Shown: positions 27,968 to 35,831 of the stretch, piece by piece | Numbering within the stretch: position 1 is the first letter of the stretch | Layout of the letters: the number at the start of each line of letters is the position of its first letter | From: Candidatus Micrarchaeota archaeon | GTDB lineage: Archaea; Micrarchaeota; Micrarchaeia; Norongarragalinales; Norongarragalinaceae | Length of the DNA stretch: 40,579 nt | Assembly (NCBI GenBank): GCA_016207165.1 | Contig: JACQQD010000006.1 | Span: forward strand, 1 to 40,579 | Direction: 5' to 3' | Made by a program: the position numbers and the translations under genes | Notes under the pieces: generated by a model | Seen by the model: only the letters and a program-made list of their open reading frames with translations | The model's database searches: none | What the model was told of the DNA's origin: nothing

Positions 27968-28053
27968 GCAGGGGTGACAGAGCTTGGCCAAACGTGCAGG
28001 GCTTAGGACCCTGTCCCTTTGTGGGTTCGTGGGTTCAAATCCCACCCCCTGCA
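27968..28053 (+). tRNA. tRNA-Leu(TAG), intronless, CCA not encoded
   Basis: Acceptor GCAGGGG/CCCCTGC+A; anticodon arm CAGGG-CTTAGGA-CCCTG; long variable arm; GGTTCAAATCC T-loop. Confidence 0.95.
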
Positions 28054-28054
28054 T
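28043..28054 (+). repeat. attL core: CACCCCCTGCAT (tRNA 3' end)
   Basis: Identical 12-mer at 33731-33742. Confidence 0.85.
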
Positions 28055-28058
28055 TCTT

Positions 28059-28078
28059 ACTTAAGCTGAAAGCACGAA
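28059..28078. repeat. Left terminal inverted repeat (pairs with 33702-33721)
   Basis: ACTTAAGCTGAAAGCACGAA versus reverse complement of 33702-33721 ACTTAATCTGAAAGCACGGA: 18/20. Confidence 0.85.
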
Positions 28079-28168
28079 CTTGACTGGCTCGTTCTCACAA
28101 GTATATCACTAGTTTTGGGCAATTTATAGACTGCTCTCTCTGCCTTTTTGCTACTTTATTTTTACGCC

Positions 28169-28531
28169 GTAGTGTTCGTGTTGTGTGTGCGGATGCGACA
28201 TCAGTCTGGTTCCATTCATAGCCTTTAGTTATGAATTTAGAATATATGATTTAACATAATTGTTATGTGTATATATTTCTATTATATAATTTCTTTTAAT
28301 TTTTATCATTTTTAACATCTACATATGTAATGTATTCATAATATAAAATCTATTTCTTTTGTTTTTTTTGTTCACTTAGCTTAGTTCTAGTCTTCTCATC
28401 ATTCATATTAATTAACTTTCATTTATTCTGTTGCTTTATGGGTATTTTGTACTGTTTTTTGATTTTTTGCGTTTTTCGTTTCTTTGTAGTGTTCGTGTCG
28501 TGTGTGCGGATGCGATGTCAGTCCGGTGCCA
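28169..28531 (+). repeat. 46-bp direct repeat (28169-28214, 28486-28531) flanking a very AT-rich spacer
   Basis: 41/46 identical, 317-bp offset, weaker similarity extending on both sides. Confidence 0.85.
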
Positions 28532-28622
28532 GTCTAACTTTTTTATTATGAGTTTTACTAGTGATGCAAACCTTTAAATTCAATTGGCGGTACTTTATTC
28601 TTCTTCAATTTGGGGTGGGCAT

Positions 28623-29162
28623 ATGTCCGATTTGCTAAAAATGAAAAAAATTGCTCAGGAAATTCAACAAGCCGTATCTGAATTGGATGAGCCTTACCGG
28701 GTAATCGCTTTCCGGGTTTTTCTGGAAAACGTGACTCGCCAACCTGAAGCTCAAACGCGAGTGAAGCCCAATTCCATAAACGATGACCGTCCGGTCAAGT
28801 TAACTCCCGAAAATAATGAGTCGGTTGATGATATTTCTGCCCGAATTAATCGAACGGCTCACCCTGAAATCTCACTTTTGAAAACTGCAAAAGACCGCGC
28901 ACTGTTTATCCTAAAGATTGTTAAGGATGAAGCGGGACGTGACGGTCTTCAGCCGAGTCAGATTACTCAAGTCCTTGACCAAGTCTTTCGTTTGAAGGTC
29001 ACGCAGTATGCTATCAGCATGGCTTTGGGCACTGAGACTAAGTTCGTTGACAGAAAGCCGGTTTCGGGAGTCGGCGGTAAAGCATATGTATACCGAATTA
29101 TGGCGCCAGGCGAAGAGTACTTGGAAAAAATTATCAAAGAGGCGAACCAAAATGGACCATGA
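28623..29162 (+). CDS. Hypothetical protein, N-terminal helical hairpin plus probable C-terminal winged helix
   Basis: GLQPSQITQVL..ISMAL..FVDR..AYVYRIMAPGEEYL wHTH pattern; TTTAAA box and GGGGTGG RBS upstream. Confidence 0.7.
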   Translation: MSDLLKMKKIAQEIQQAVSELDEPYRVIAFRVFLENVTRQPEAQTRVKPNSINDDRPVKLTPENNESVDDISARINRTAHPEISLLKTAKDRALFILKIVKDEAGRDGLQPSQITQVLDQVFRLKVTQYAISMALGTETKFVDRKPVSGVGGKAYVYRIMAPGEEYLEKIIKEANQNGP

Positions 29163-29607
29163 ACACTTGCGATTAGCCATCAATACGGCGAAGGAAGCAG
29201 CTAGTCATGAGGCGGAGTACGGACGTGAGGTATTTACTGCGGTCTTAACCTCGGAACTGGTTTTGGCTGGTGGTAGTGCACCTACGGTCCGGCCTATCCT
29301 TACAAAATCTCTATCTCTTGGTGAATTGCTTAATTCCAAGTCGCCAAAAAATGACGTCCAAAAAACTTTGGTTTTCGGCTATTACTTGGAAGCCGTAAAA
29401 AAGCTGAAAGAGTTTTCATCTAAAGATATCTATGCCTGCTATCGTGAAGCGAAAGAACGAGTGCCCCCTAACATCAGTGACAAAATTAAGATGAATGTTC
29501 AACGCGCGTGGATGTCCACTACTGGCAAAGATGGCATCAGTCTCACCTACTCACTAACCTCCACCGGTGTTAGTGCAGTTGAACAAGGGTTCGTCTCAGA
29601 GGATTGA
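29152..29607 (+). CDS. Hypothetical winged-helix protein
   Basis: KTLVFGYYLE..FSSKDI..CY..P.NISD..W...YSLTSTGVSAVE; overlaps the upstream gene. Confidence 0.72.
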   Translation: MDHEHLRLAINTAKEAASHEAEYGREVFTAVLTSELVLAGGSAPTVRPILTKSLSLGELLNSKSPKNDVQKTLVFGYYLEAVKKLKEFSSKDIYACYREAKERVPPNISDKIKMNVQRAWMSTTGKDGISLTYSLTSTGVSAVEQGFVSED

Positions 29608-29614
29608 CTTTTCG

Positions 29615-30304
29615 ATGTTTGATTCACTGAAAAAATATCAACGGATTCTACTCGTTCTTTACGAGGAAAATAAGAAGGGCAACCCTAAGCTTTCTTCCGA
29701 ACAGATTTCAGCACTCAGCCTTAGTAAGTATGATTTGCCGTTTACTCCAAAGGAAATTGCCAACACTTTGAATCCATTGTCTGGGAAAAAGGTGGTTCGG
29801 ACCGGCCAGCCGGTTACCTATCAAATCATCAGACCAGGCATTCTTGAAATTGAGAGTTTGCAGAATATTCCGGCCATTCTGCCTAATTCCGATTCCAAGC
29901 TTTCCCCCGAAGTTTTGGCCGCCCTTGGAAATTCATTTTCGGGGGAAGTGCGAGAACTCAGTTTCGCAATGAAAAATCAATGCCCGATTTCTGCTTCTGT
30001 TTTGCTCCGGAGAATTTTAGAAAAGCTGCTAATCCGTGTTTTTCTAAAACACGTCCAAAAGACGGAATTAGTTAGTGCAAACGGCGATTACCGTAGCTTG
30101 TCTTTTCTTCTTGACTTGGCTCAAAGTACCAAAATTTACGGTGGCGTGATTTTAAACACCCGAAATGCCTCCAACCTTGATAAAATGAAATTCCTTGGTG
30201 ATACCGCCGCTCATAATCCGTCGATTACTCCTTCGATTGTCGATGTTCAAACCCATTTGGCATACTATTCTGTTGCTGTAACCGAAATTGCTCAGCATCA
30301 GTAA
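29615..30304 (+). CDS. wHTH plus DUF4145-like HEPN domain protein
   Basis: N-terminal wHTH ending YQIIRPGI; SVLLRRILE and KFLGDTAAH (R/KxxG[ND]xxAH pattern). Confidence 0.72.
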   Translation: MFDSLKKYQRILLVLYEENKKGNPKLSSEQISALSLSKYDLPFTPKEIANTLNPLSGKKVVRTGQPVTYQIIRPGILEIESLQNIPAILPNSDSKLSPEVLAALGNSFSGEVRELSFAMKNQCPISASVLLRRILEKLLIRVFLKHVQKTELVSANGDYRSLSFLLDLAQSTKIYGGVILNTRNASNLDKMKFLGDTAAHNPSITPSIVDVQTHLAYYSVAVTEIAQHQ

Positions 30305-30660
30305 CCCAATAACTTGCGTTTGCGGATTTTCCACGGGTTGAAAACGAGCGCAACCCGTGGAGCAATATATAAAGAAAACCCGCGGGTTTACCGCGGAGAA
30401 CGCCTCTAAACCTATTTCAAACCCCCGAATTTGGCGTTTTCGGTTCCTACGAATTTGTCTATATTGCTTTGTCTATTCCTTCTTTTTCAGGAATCTTTTG
30501 TGTCTTCGCTCGTAACCCGACGCGAAAACTTTTCCGACCACTCGATTCTATTCCATATATAGTTCGTGACGCGTAACCCGCTCAAAAAACGCCTCCAACT
30601 CAGCCTTGGGACGCCTAAAACTGGGTTTTTGTTTGCTACGAATATTGGTATGGTTTAAGG

Positions 30661-31422
30661 TTAGCGTCTGGTGTCTGCCTTTCGAGGATAGACGACTCCA
30701 ACAATCATGTACGTGTTGAACCGGTAGTGTGAGCCCATGATGAAGTAGACTGGCCCATTTTCTGTGACTTTTTTGAGCATTTTTTCCCGGACTTTTTGGT
30801 GGACTTCATTTTCGTCCCGATATTTTCCAGCTTTGCGATAGTCTTCGCAGTTGCTGTACAGTTCACCGACTTCCCAATCTTCGCATAGGCACTCGTGGAC
30901 CCGGCCGTCCTGGTCGTCTTTGAAAATGTACCGATACTTGTATTTTGGTATGTCCAATTGGATAGCTTTTTGACCGGTCAAAGTTGTTTGAGCACTTTTT
31001 GTGACCAGCGCTTCATAGTGCTGATTTGTAGTCGGCGCAAAATCCAAAATAGTCGGTTTTACTACGCCAATCGAGGCGTTCTTAGGTGTTTCAGCCTCTA
31101 ACTCTTCAATACTCGTGATGCGCGGAAAAAGGAGCGCTTCGATTTCATTGAAAGACGCTTCGCCTAACGGCTTGATGGTGGCTGGTTTGATTTTGCGGCT
31201 TTCGGGTCGGTGGTCGGATGGTTTTTCGCTTTCCAGTTCGTATTCAATCCACATTTTCTTCTTGAAATTTAATGGACTGGAGCCCCAGAAAATACTCCAA
31301 GGTATAGGGTATACTCTGCGCCACTCGCCTTTGTCGGTAATGCCTGCCACGCAGATTAGGTGTTCGTACTTTTGACTGATTTCTGGCGTGGCTTTGGCCA
31401 GTACGAGTAACTTTTCTCTCAT
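30661..31422 (-). CDS. Uncharacterised DUF488-associated protein (probably dual-OB-like)
   Basis: LAKATP.IS.KY..ICVAGI..GEWRRVYPIP, FKKKMWIE, DHRPES, CEDWE; ATGA-coupled to the DUF488 gene. Confidence 0.7.
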   Translation of the reverse strand: MREKLLVLAKATPEISQKYEHLICVAGITDKGEWRRVYPIPWSIFWGSSPLNFKKKMWIEYELESEKPSDHRPESRKIKPATIKPLGEASFNEIEALLFPRITSIEELEAETPKNASIGVVKPTILDFAPTTNQHYEALVTKSAQTTLTGQKAIQLDIPKYKYRYIFKDDQDGRVHECLCEDWEVGELYSNCEDYRKAGKYRDENEVHQKVREKMLKKVTENGPVYFIMGSHYRFNTYMIVGVVYPRKADTRR

Positions 31423-32264
31423 AGGTGAGTCACTTTTTTCCCAGTTATTTTTTCAAGGCTTTCACTTAACGTGCCGCGGTGGCAGGAATTTACGTGCTTT
31501 TCAAAACAAAGCAGGACCACTCTTTTTTTTTCACTAACTTTTGCAATATCTTGAATGGCGTTCATTTCGCCTGGCAGAATCGTATTTCCGTAGAATTGGA
31601 ACAACTTTTTGTAATCTTCCGGCGTGTTCAACTCTTTACGATATTTTCCTTCGATGCCCAGTTCGGGTTTATGCCAGTATTCGATGTCGACGTTCTTGAG
31701 TGTGTGTGCCAGTCGGGTCCCAATGAAAGCGAAATTCATGCTGAACGCGTTGTCACGTACGTCAATTAGCAAGTCGATTTGGTTCTGAATCAACGCGTCA
31801 AGGAATGAATCAATGTCATTTCCTTCGTATCCTATTGAAAACATCCCAGGTTCAGGTTGGTGTTGGAGGTGAGCTGTCAGCACGCTTTTGACTGCATATT
31901 CGGGATACTTACTATATGTGTAATCAATAATGTCATCTTGATTTTTGAATCGGTTAGCGATGCCTTCGATGGCTTCCCTTTCGCCTGAAGAAATATTTTT
32001 GGCCAATTCTTGGCCCTTTTGGCTCAATTCACTATTTTCTCGAATCAGACCTAAGCTTTGCAATTCGGTCAAGTCGGAGTAAATATTGTTTGAAAATGGT
32101 CCGAACTTATGCGGGTAAAATGAGTAAAATCGGATTTTTTGACCTATTTCGGTTTCTTTTCCAATAATGAATAGGAGTTTGACTAGAACCGTCTTCGTGA
32201 CCTTTTTTCCCTGTTTTTGGAGGGTGTAAACCAAGTGCAATAGTGTCTTTTGGCGTTTGCGCAT
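31419..32264 (-). CDS. SocA/Panacea-like wHTH fused to DUF488 domain
   Basis: KTVLVKLLF..YSFYPHKFGPFS..IYSDL..L; then FSIGYEG..LIDVR..Y.H.PELG..LLCFE..CHR. Confidence 0.85.
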   Translation of the reverse strand: MRKRQKTLLHLVYTLQKQGKKVTKTVLVKLLFIIGKETEIGQKIRFYSFYPHKFGPFSNNIYSDLTELQSLGLIRENSELSQKGQELAKNISSGEREAIEGIANRFKNQDDIIDYTYSKYPEYAVKSVLTAHLQHQPEPGMFSIGYEGNDIDSFLDALIQNQIDLLIDVRDNAFSMNFAFIGTRLAHTLKNVDIEYWHKPELGIEGKYRKELNTPEDYKKLFQFYGNTILPGEMNAIQDIAKVSEKKRVVLLCFEKHVNSCHRGTLSESLEKITGKKVTHL

Positions 32265-32371
32265 GGATGTTTCACATGAAAACGGCATTTAAACGTTCTT
32301 GGACCTCTTGGCCGGTGGCTTTAATCGAGCGAATCATCTCTCGTTAGAACTTTTTGAGCCCGGATTACGGG

Positions 32372-32414
32372 AAGTTAACTAAACAGTTAACTTGAGTTAA
32401 GTAATTACTTAACT
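32372..32414. promoter_or_regulatory. Two adjacent palindromes built on AGTTAA
   Basis: AAGTTAACT-aaac-AGTTAACTT (32372-32393) and perfect 20-bp AGTTAAGTAATTACTTAACT (32395-32414). Confidence 0.6.
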
Positions 32415-33628
32415 TCAAATCCTTCAAAATTTTTCAATAAACCCGTTGCCATCGCTTTTTCCGCTAAGTATTCTTTGAACTCAGGATTCGCCAATAGTTG
32501 GCGCATTAAATCATCTTCCATCTGTCGGGGTTGGCCCACAGTCGCGGCTGTGGCTTCATCGAGCGGTGTGCCACATCGGTGGCAGAACTTGGACGCCGGT
32601 GAGTTGGTTTCTTTGCAGCGGAGGCATGACTTGAGTTGGATGGCGCCTTCTTTGGTTTCATCGTTTTTGTCTTCCATGTGGTAGAGTTTGAGCAGGCTTT
32701 GGTCAACGTCCCGTCCGCTTAAATGGACGTAGGTGGCGGCCATGTCTGAGCACTGAGTCCAACCAAAGTATTCTTTCATTTGCGCTTCCGTGAGCTTGGA
32801 GGCAAGAAAGGTGGCGCGGCTGTGACGGAACAAGTGCGGGTACACTTTCTTGGTGATTCCCGCTTCTTTGGCGAGCTTTTTCAGCATCACGTAGATGGAT
32901 TGGCACTCTGCGGGAGATTCTTTTTGGTAGGCGTTGTTGGAACGGGGTGGCCATAGCCATGATTCGGTTTCATTGTTGGGATGAATTTCCAGCCATTTGC
33001 CGAGTTCGGATACGGATTGAATGATTCGGACGCGTCGGTCTCCGGTTTTACCGGTGACACGCAAGACGGCACCGTGTTGGTCGAATTGGACATTCTTGAT
33101 TTTTAGGGAAAGCATTTCGCCGATTCTACAACCGGATTCGTAAAGTACCAAAACCAGTGCTTTGTCGCGGGGGTGATGAGCGGATTGAGCCATTCTATAG
33201 ACTTCGGCTTCGGTCAGTAGTTCTTCGGGTAGCTTTTTGGCGGTGTTTTTGAGTTTGGGTCTGAGCCACTTGGTTTCGGGCGGGTTTTCCTCGTCGTTGC
33301 CTTTCAGCCACCTGTAAAACAGCTTCAGGACGACTTTGAAGTCATATTTGCTCCATTCCGCATAGGGTCGCCGCTCGATTTCGCCGACCAAGGCAATCAT
33401 GTCTTGTTTGGAAGCTTCGTCAAAGCCTTTTCCAAGCCATTTGGCCAAGTATCGTAGGCAGTAAATGACTTTGACGATGCGAAAACCGCTCGTTCCTTGC
33501 GCCAGACGGTTTTCTGTGAAACCCACAATCAATTTCCGGTTGGCGGGCGAAACCGACGAGTCTTTTTCCAATCTTCCTAGGGCTAATTCCAATTTCTGCT
33601 GGCTTTTGTGTATTGGGCTTCTGCTCAT
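32405..33628 (-). CDS. Tyrosine recombinase/integrase with C-terminal Zn ribbon
   Basis: YESGCRIGE, GKTG, HLFRHSRAT, FGW..MAATYVHL, CLRC..N..FCHRCG; GGAGG RBS before ATG 33628. Confidence 0.95.
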   Translation of the reverse strand: MSRSPIHKSQQKLELALGRLEKDSSVSPANRKLIVGFTENRLAQGTSGFRIVKVIYCLRYLAKWLGKGFDEASKQDMIALVGEIERRPYAEWSKYDFKVVLKLFYRWLKGNDEENPPETKWLRPKLKNTAKKLPEELLTEAEVYRMAQSAHHPRDKALVLVLYESGCRIGEMLSLKIKNVQFDQHGAVLRVTGKTGDRRVRIIQSVSELGKWLEIHPNNETESWLWPPRSNNAYQKESPAECQSIYVMLKKLAKEAGITKKVYPHLFRHSRATFLASKLTEAQMKEYFGWTQCSDMAATYVHLSGRDVDQSLLKLYHMEDKNDETKEGAIQLKSCLRCKETNSPASKFCHRCGTPLDEATAATVGQPRQMEDDLMRQLLANPEFKEYLAEKAMATGLLKNFEGFEVK

Positions 33629-33701
33629 CGGTATTTCCTCCGTGAGCACGAGACCTCTTATTTTTTGATGCAAAATTTGGTACGATTGTACCAAAATCTC
33701 A

Positions 33702-33721
33702 TCCGTGCTTTCAGATTAAGT
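33702..33721. repeat. Right terminal inverted repeat
   Basis: TCCGTGCTTTCAGATTAAGT, inverted 18/20 match to 28059-28078. Confidence 0.85.
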
Positions 33722-33730
33722 CTGGGCTTA

Positions 33731-33742
33731 CACCCCCTGCAT
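33731..33742 (+). repeat. attR core: duplicate of tRNA-Leu 3' end
   Basis: CACCCCCTGCAT identical to 28043-28054; about 100 bp upstream of the integrase start. Confidence 0.85.
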
Positions 33743-33847
33743 CCGTCTTTTTGTTATAGTCACAAAACTTTTTATTCGACGTGCGCCTGGGACTATTGTA
33801 ACCACCTTGTTTTTCAACGAAAACGTGCTTCTGGAATCGATGTGATT

Positions 33848-34648
33848 ATGGCGTTGTCTGCGTCGGCCAGAAAACCCGTGGTTTTGGCAAAATACATCGA
33901 CTGGAAGTTTACCGAAGGCGAGGAACGATTTCGAGGCGTGACAGGGGAGCACGCCGTCAACCTTGCGAATAAACGGGGCGTGGTGTTGGCTTCGAACAAG
34001 GAATTGGACCGACGGCTGGTCTTGACGCGGGAATGGGAGGATGAACAATACATTTACCCGGCGTGGTCCGGCACCTTGGTGGTCACCGCGCCGTTTGGCG
34101 TCTCGTTTGGCGACGCCGTGAACAAGGCCAATGAGTTGTCCCGCAAGGAGGACTCTGGCATCACGTATGCGTTCAAGGTGCCGGAAAAATATTTGGGTGC
34201 GGTTAACGCCGCTTTGGTCGTGGAACACGGTTTTGACGCCCGTGGCGAGCCCGTGTTTGAGTTTCGCAACGAAGGGCGTAACGGGCGTTTGGTTCATGTT
34301 CACGACGAGCGTAGAATCCACCTAGTCAAAAACGTTCCCCACGAACGTGGGTGGTACGTGCCGGACCCCTGGTTCGGCCTTCCCGTGGGCAAGTTGGTTG
34401 AGCCGTGGCCTGACCGCCCCCGGCACGTGGGTGAGCTGGCGCCGTGGGGTCGCGGTCTCCGGCGCGTTTTTGGCTTTGGCAACTGGTTTTCGTTGATTGT
34501 TCGCGGCTGGGGTCAACTGGATTACGGCTACGAAGAGAATGTTGACCCCCTCATCACGGGCGGTGATATGTCGTCGGATCGTTACGGCGCCCTTGGTTTT
34601 TCGCCGGTTTCAAGAAAGCCGTTGAGGCGTCATAAACGGAATCCGTGA
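33848..34648 (+). CDS. Hypothetical protein resembling DPANN DGR-target (CLec-like) proteins
   Basis: YPAWSGTL, P..GWY.PD..GLPVG, C-terminal LIVRG..Y....SDRYGAL; the family resemblance is recalled, not searched. Confidence 0.6.
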   Translation: MALSASARKPVVLAKYIDWKFTEGEERFRGVTGEHAVNLANKRGVVLASNKELDRRLVLTREWEDEQYIYPAWSGTLVVTAPFGVSFGDAVNKANELSRKEDSGITYAFKVPEKYLGAVNAALVVEHGFDARGEPVFEFRNEGRNGRLVHVHDERRIHLVKNVPHERGWYVPDPWFGLPVGKLVEPWPDRPRHVGELAPWGRGLRRVFGFGNWFSLIVRGWGQLDYGYEENVDPLITGGDMSSDRYGALGFSPVSRKPLRRHKRNP

Positions 34649-34747
34649 GGCGGTATTTTTTCCCATTGTTTCGCGTTGCGTTGGGCGTGTATTTGCATGC
34701 ATGTCGCCATGACCGGGTTTTAAATAGGATTGGACGTTAGCCTCGTC

Positions 34748-35773
34748 ATGACTCGTGCCCTCGTCCTTTTGGTATTTGGCTTTTTTCTTTTGGGTTGCGT
34801 TACGTCCGCGCCGTCCAACGGCCCGACGGCGTCTCCAACGTCTTTGGTTTCCGCAACGCCCATCCCGACGCAGGACGATGCAGGCCCCACGCCATACGCT
34901 TCGGTTTACCCTTCATATGAACCCGCTCCCGCGTACGACGCGCCTCCCTGGATTTCAGGCTCGTCCGCGCGGCCGTCCAACCCGGACCGCGGAGAACCTT
35001 TCGTCATAACCGCAAGTGCCCAAGACGATGTCGGCATCCAGACGATTTCGTGGGAATCAACGGACTCGTTTTCCATCCAGCCGGAATCCGCGTCGTTCGA
35101 CTGCGGACAACAGAAATCGTGTTCGGCGTCGTTTACGTTTAAAGCCGCCACCGAAGGCATGATAACCATTTCCGTTTACGCCACGGATTCTTCCGGTAAA
35201 GCGTCGCCAAGAAGCGCCATGGACATAACCGTACGCCCCTTCGACTACAAGGAGCCTACGCCGACGCCTGCACCCAGCGTTTCCAGTGGCCCGGTGTGCG
35301 GCAACAACGCGTGCGACGAAAAAGAAGGCTTCGAGGTATGCCCGGTGGATTGTCCGTACGCCGGTTTTGCGTGTGCCAACGGTAAATGCGAGGGCGGTGA
35401 GTCGTACGAGTCCTGTCCCCAGGACTGCGGCCTCAGCGACATCATTGGGTCTTCGTGCGGGGATGGCGCGTGCGAACCCGGCGAAGACGCCAACTACTGT
35501 CCGAAAGACTGTGCGTCCATCAAGCCGAATTGCGGTAACAACGTGTGCGACGCCTGGGAGACGGAGTCCACGTGCCTCGCAGACTGTGAAGGCGTGGGTG
35601 CTGACGCGGCGTCATGTTCTTCCAACGCCGCGTGCGGCTACCGCGAGATTTGCCGGAGCGGGAAATGCGTGAAAGTGGATTGCACCAACGACGGCCAATG
35701 CGGCTACGGAAAGGAATGCGAAGGCAACCGGTGCGTGCGGTGTCCATCCGGGCCCTACGGGCCGGCCTGCTAG
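34748..35773 (+). CDS. Lipoprotein with Ig-like domain and Cys-rich repeats
   Basis: Lipobox FLLG-C, Pro/Thr linker, ITASAQDDVGI Ig-like domain, 4x C[GA][ND]xxC..E...C..DC and 2x C....C.....C...C repeats. Confidence 0.85.
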   Translation: MTRALVLLVFGFFLLGCVTSAPSNGPTASPTSLVSATPIPTQDDAGPTPYASVYPSYEPAPAYDAPPWISGSSARPSNPDRGEPFVITASAQDDVGIQTISWESTDSFSIQPESASFDCGQQKSCSASFTFKAATEGMITISVYATDSSGKASPRSAMDITVRPFDYKEPTPTPAPSVSSGPVCGNNACDEKEGFEVCPVDCPYAGFACANGKCEGGESYESCPQDCGLSDIIGSSCGDGACEPGEDANYCPKDCASIKPNCGNNVCDAWETESTCLADCEGVGADAASCSSNAACGYREICRSGKCVKVDCTNDGQCGYGKECEGNRCVRCPSGPYGPAC

Positions 35774-35831
35774 CCTTTTTCAGGGCCGTGTTCTCGGCAT
35801 TGCTTTTTAAACTGGCCGTCGTGTGGTCTTC

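Larger units (their letters stand above)
28055..33730. mobile_element. ~5.7 kb tRNA-Leu-integrated element with tyrosine recombinase
   Basis: 12-bp direct repeats at both ends, 20-bp inverted repeats inside them, integrase next to attR, clear drop in GC. Confidence 0.88.

Noticed and set aside
27722-28054. 110-aa minus-strand ORF starting MQGVGFEPT
   Set aside because: Translation of the tRNA reverse complement
28215-28485. Coding potential in the AT-rich spacer
   Set aside because: Only very short ORFs (for example MNDEKTRTKLSEQKKQKK) with no support
28169-28531. 46-bp repeats as a CRISPR array
   Set aside because: Only two copies, a 271-bp spacer and no cas genes; no CRISPR array is seen anywhere in the window
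28055-33730. Island as a provirus, casposon or IS
   Set aside because: No capsid, packaging ATPase, polymerase, Cas1 or DDE transposase; the only mobility gene is a tyrosine recombinase
33608-33847. N-terminal 80 aa of the 346-aa ORF
   Set aside because: Spans attR and the integrase leader; ATG 33848 is the more plausible start
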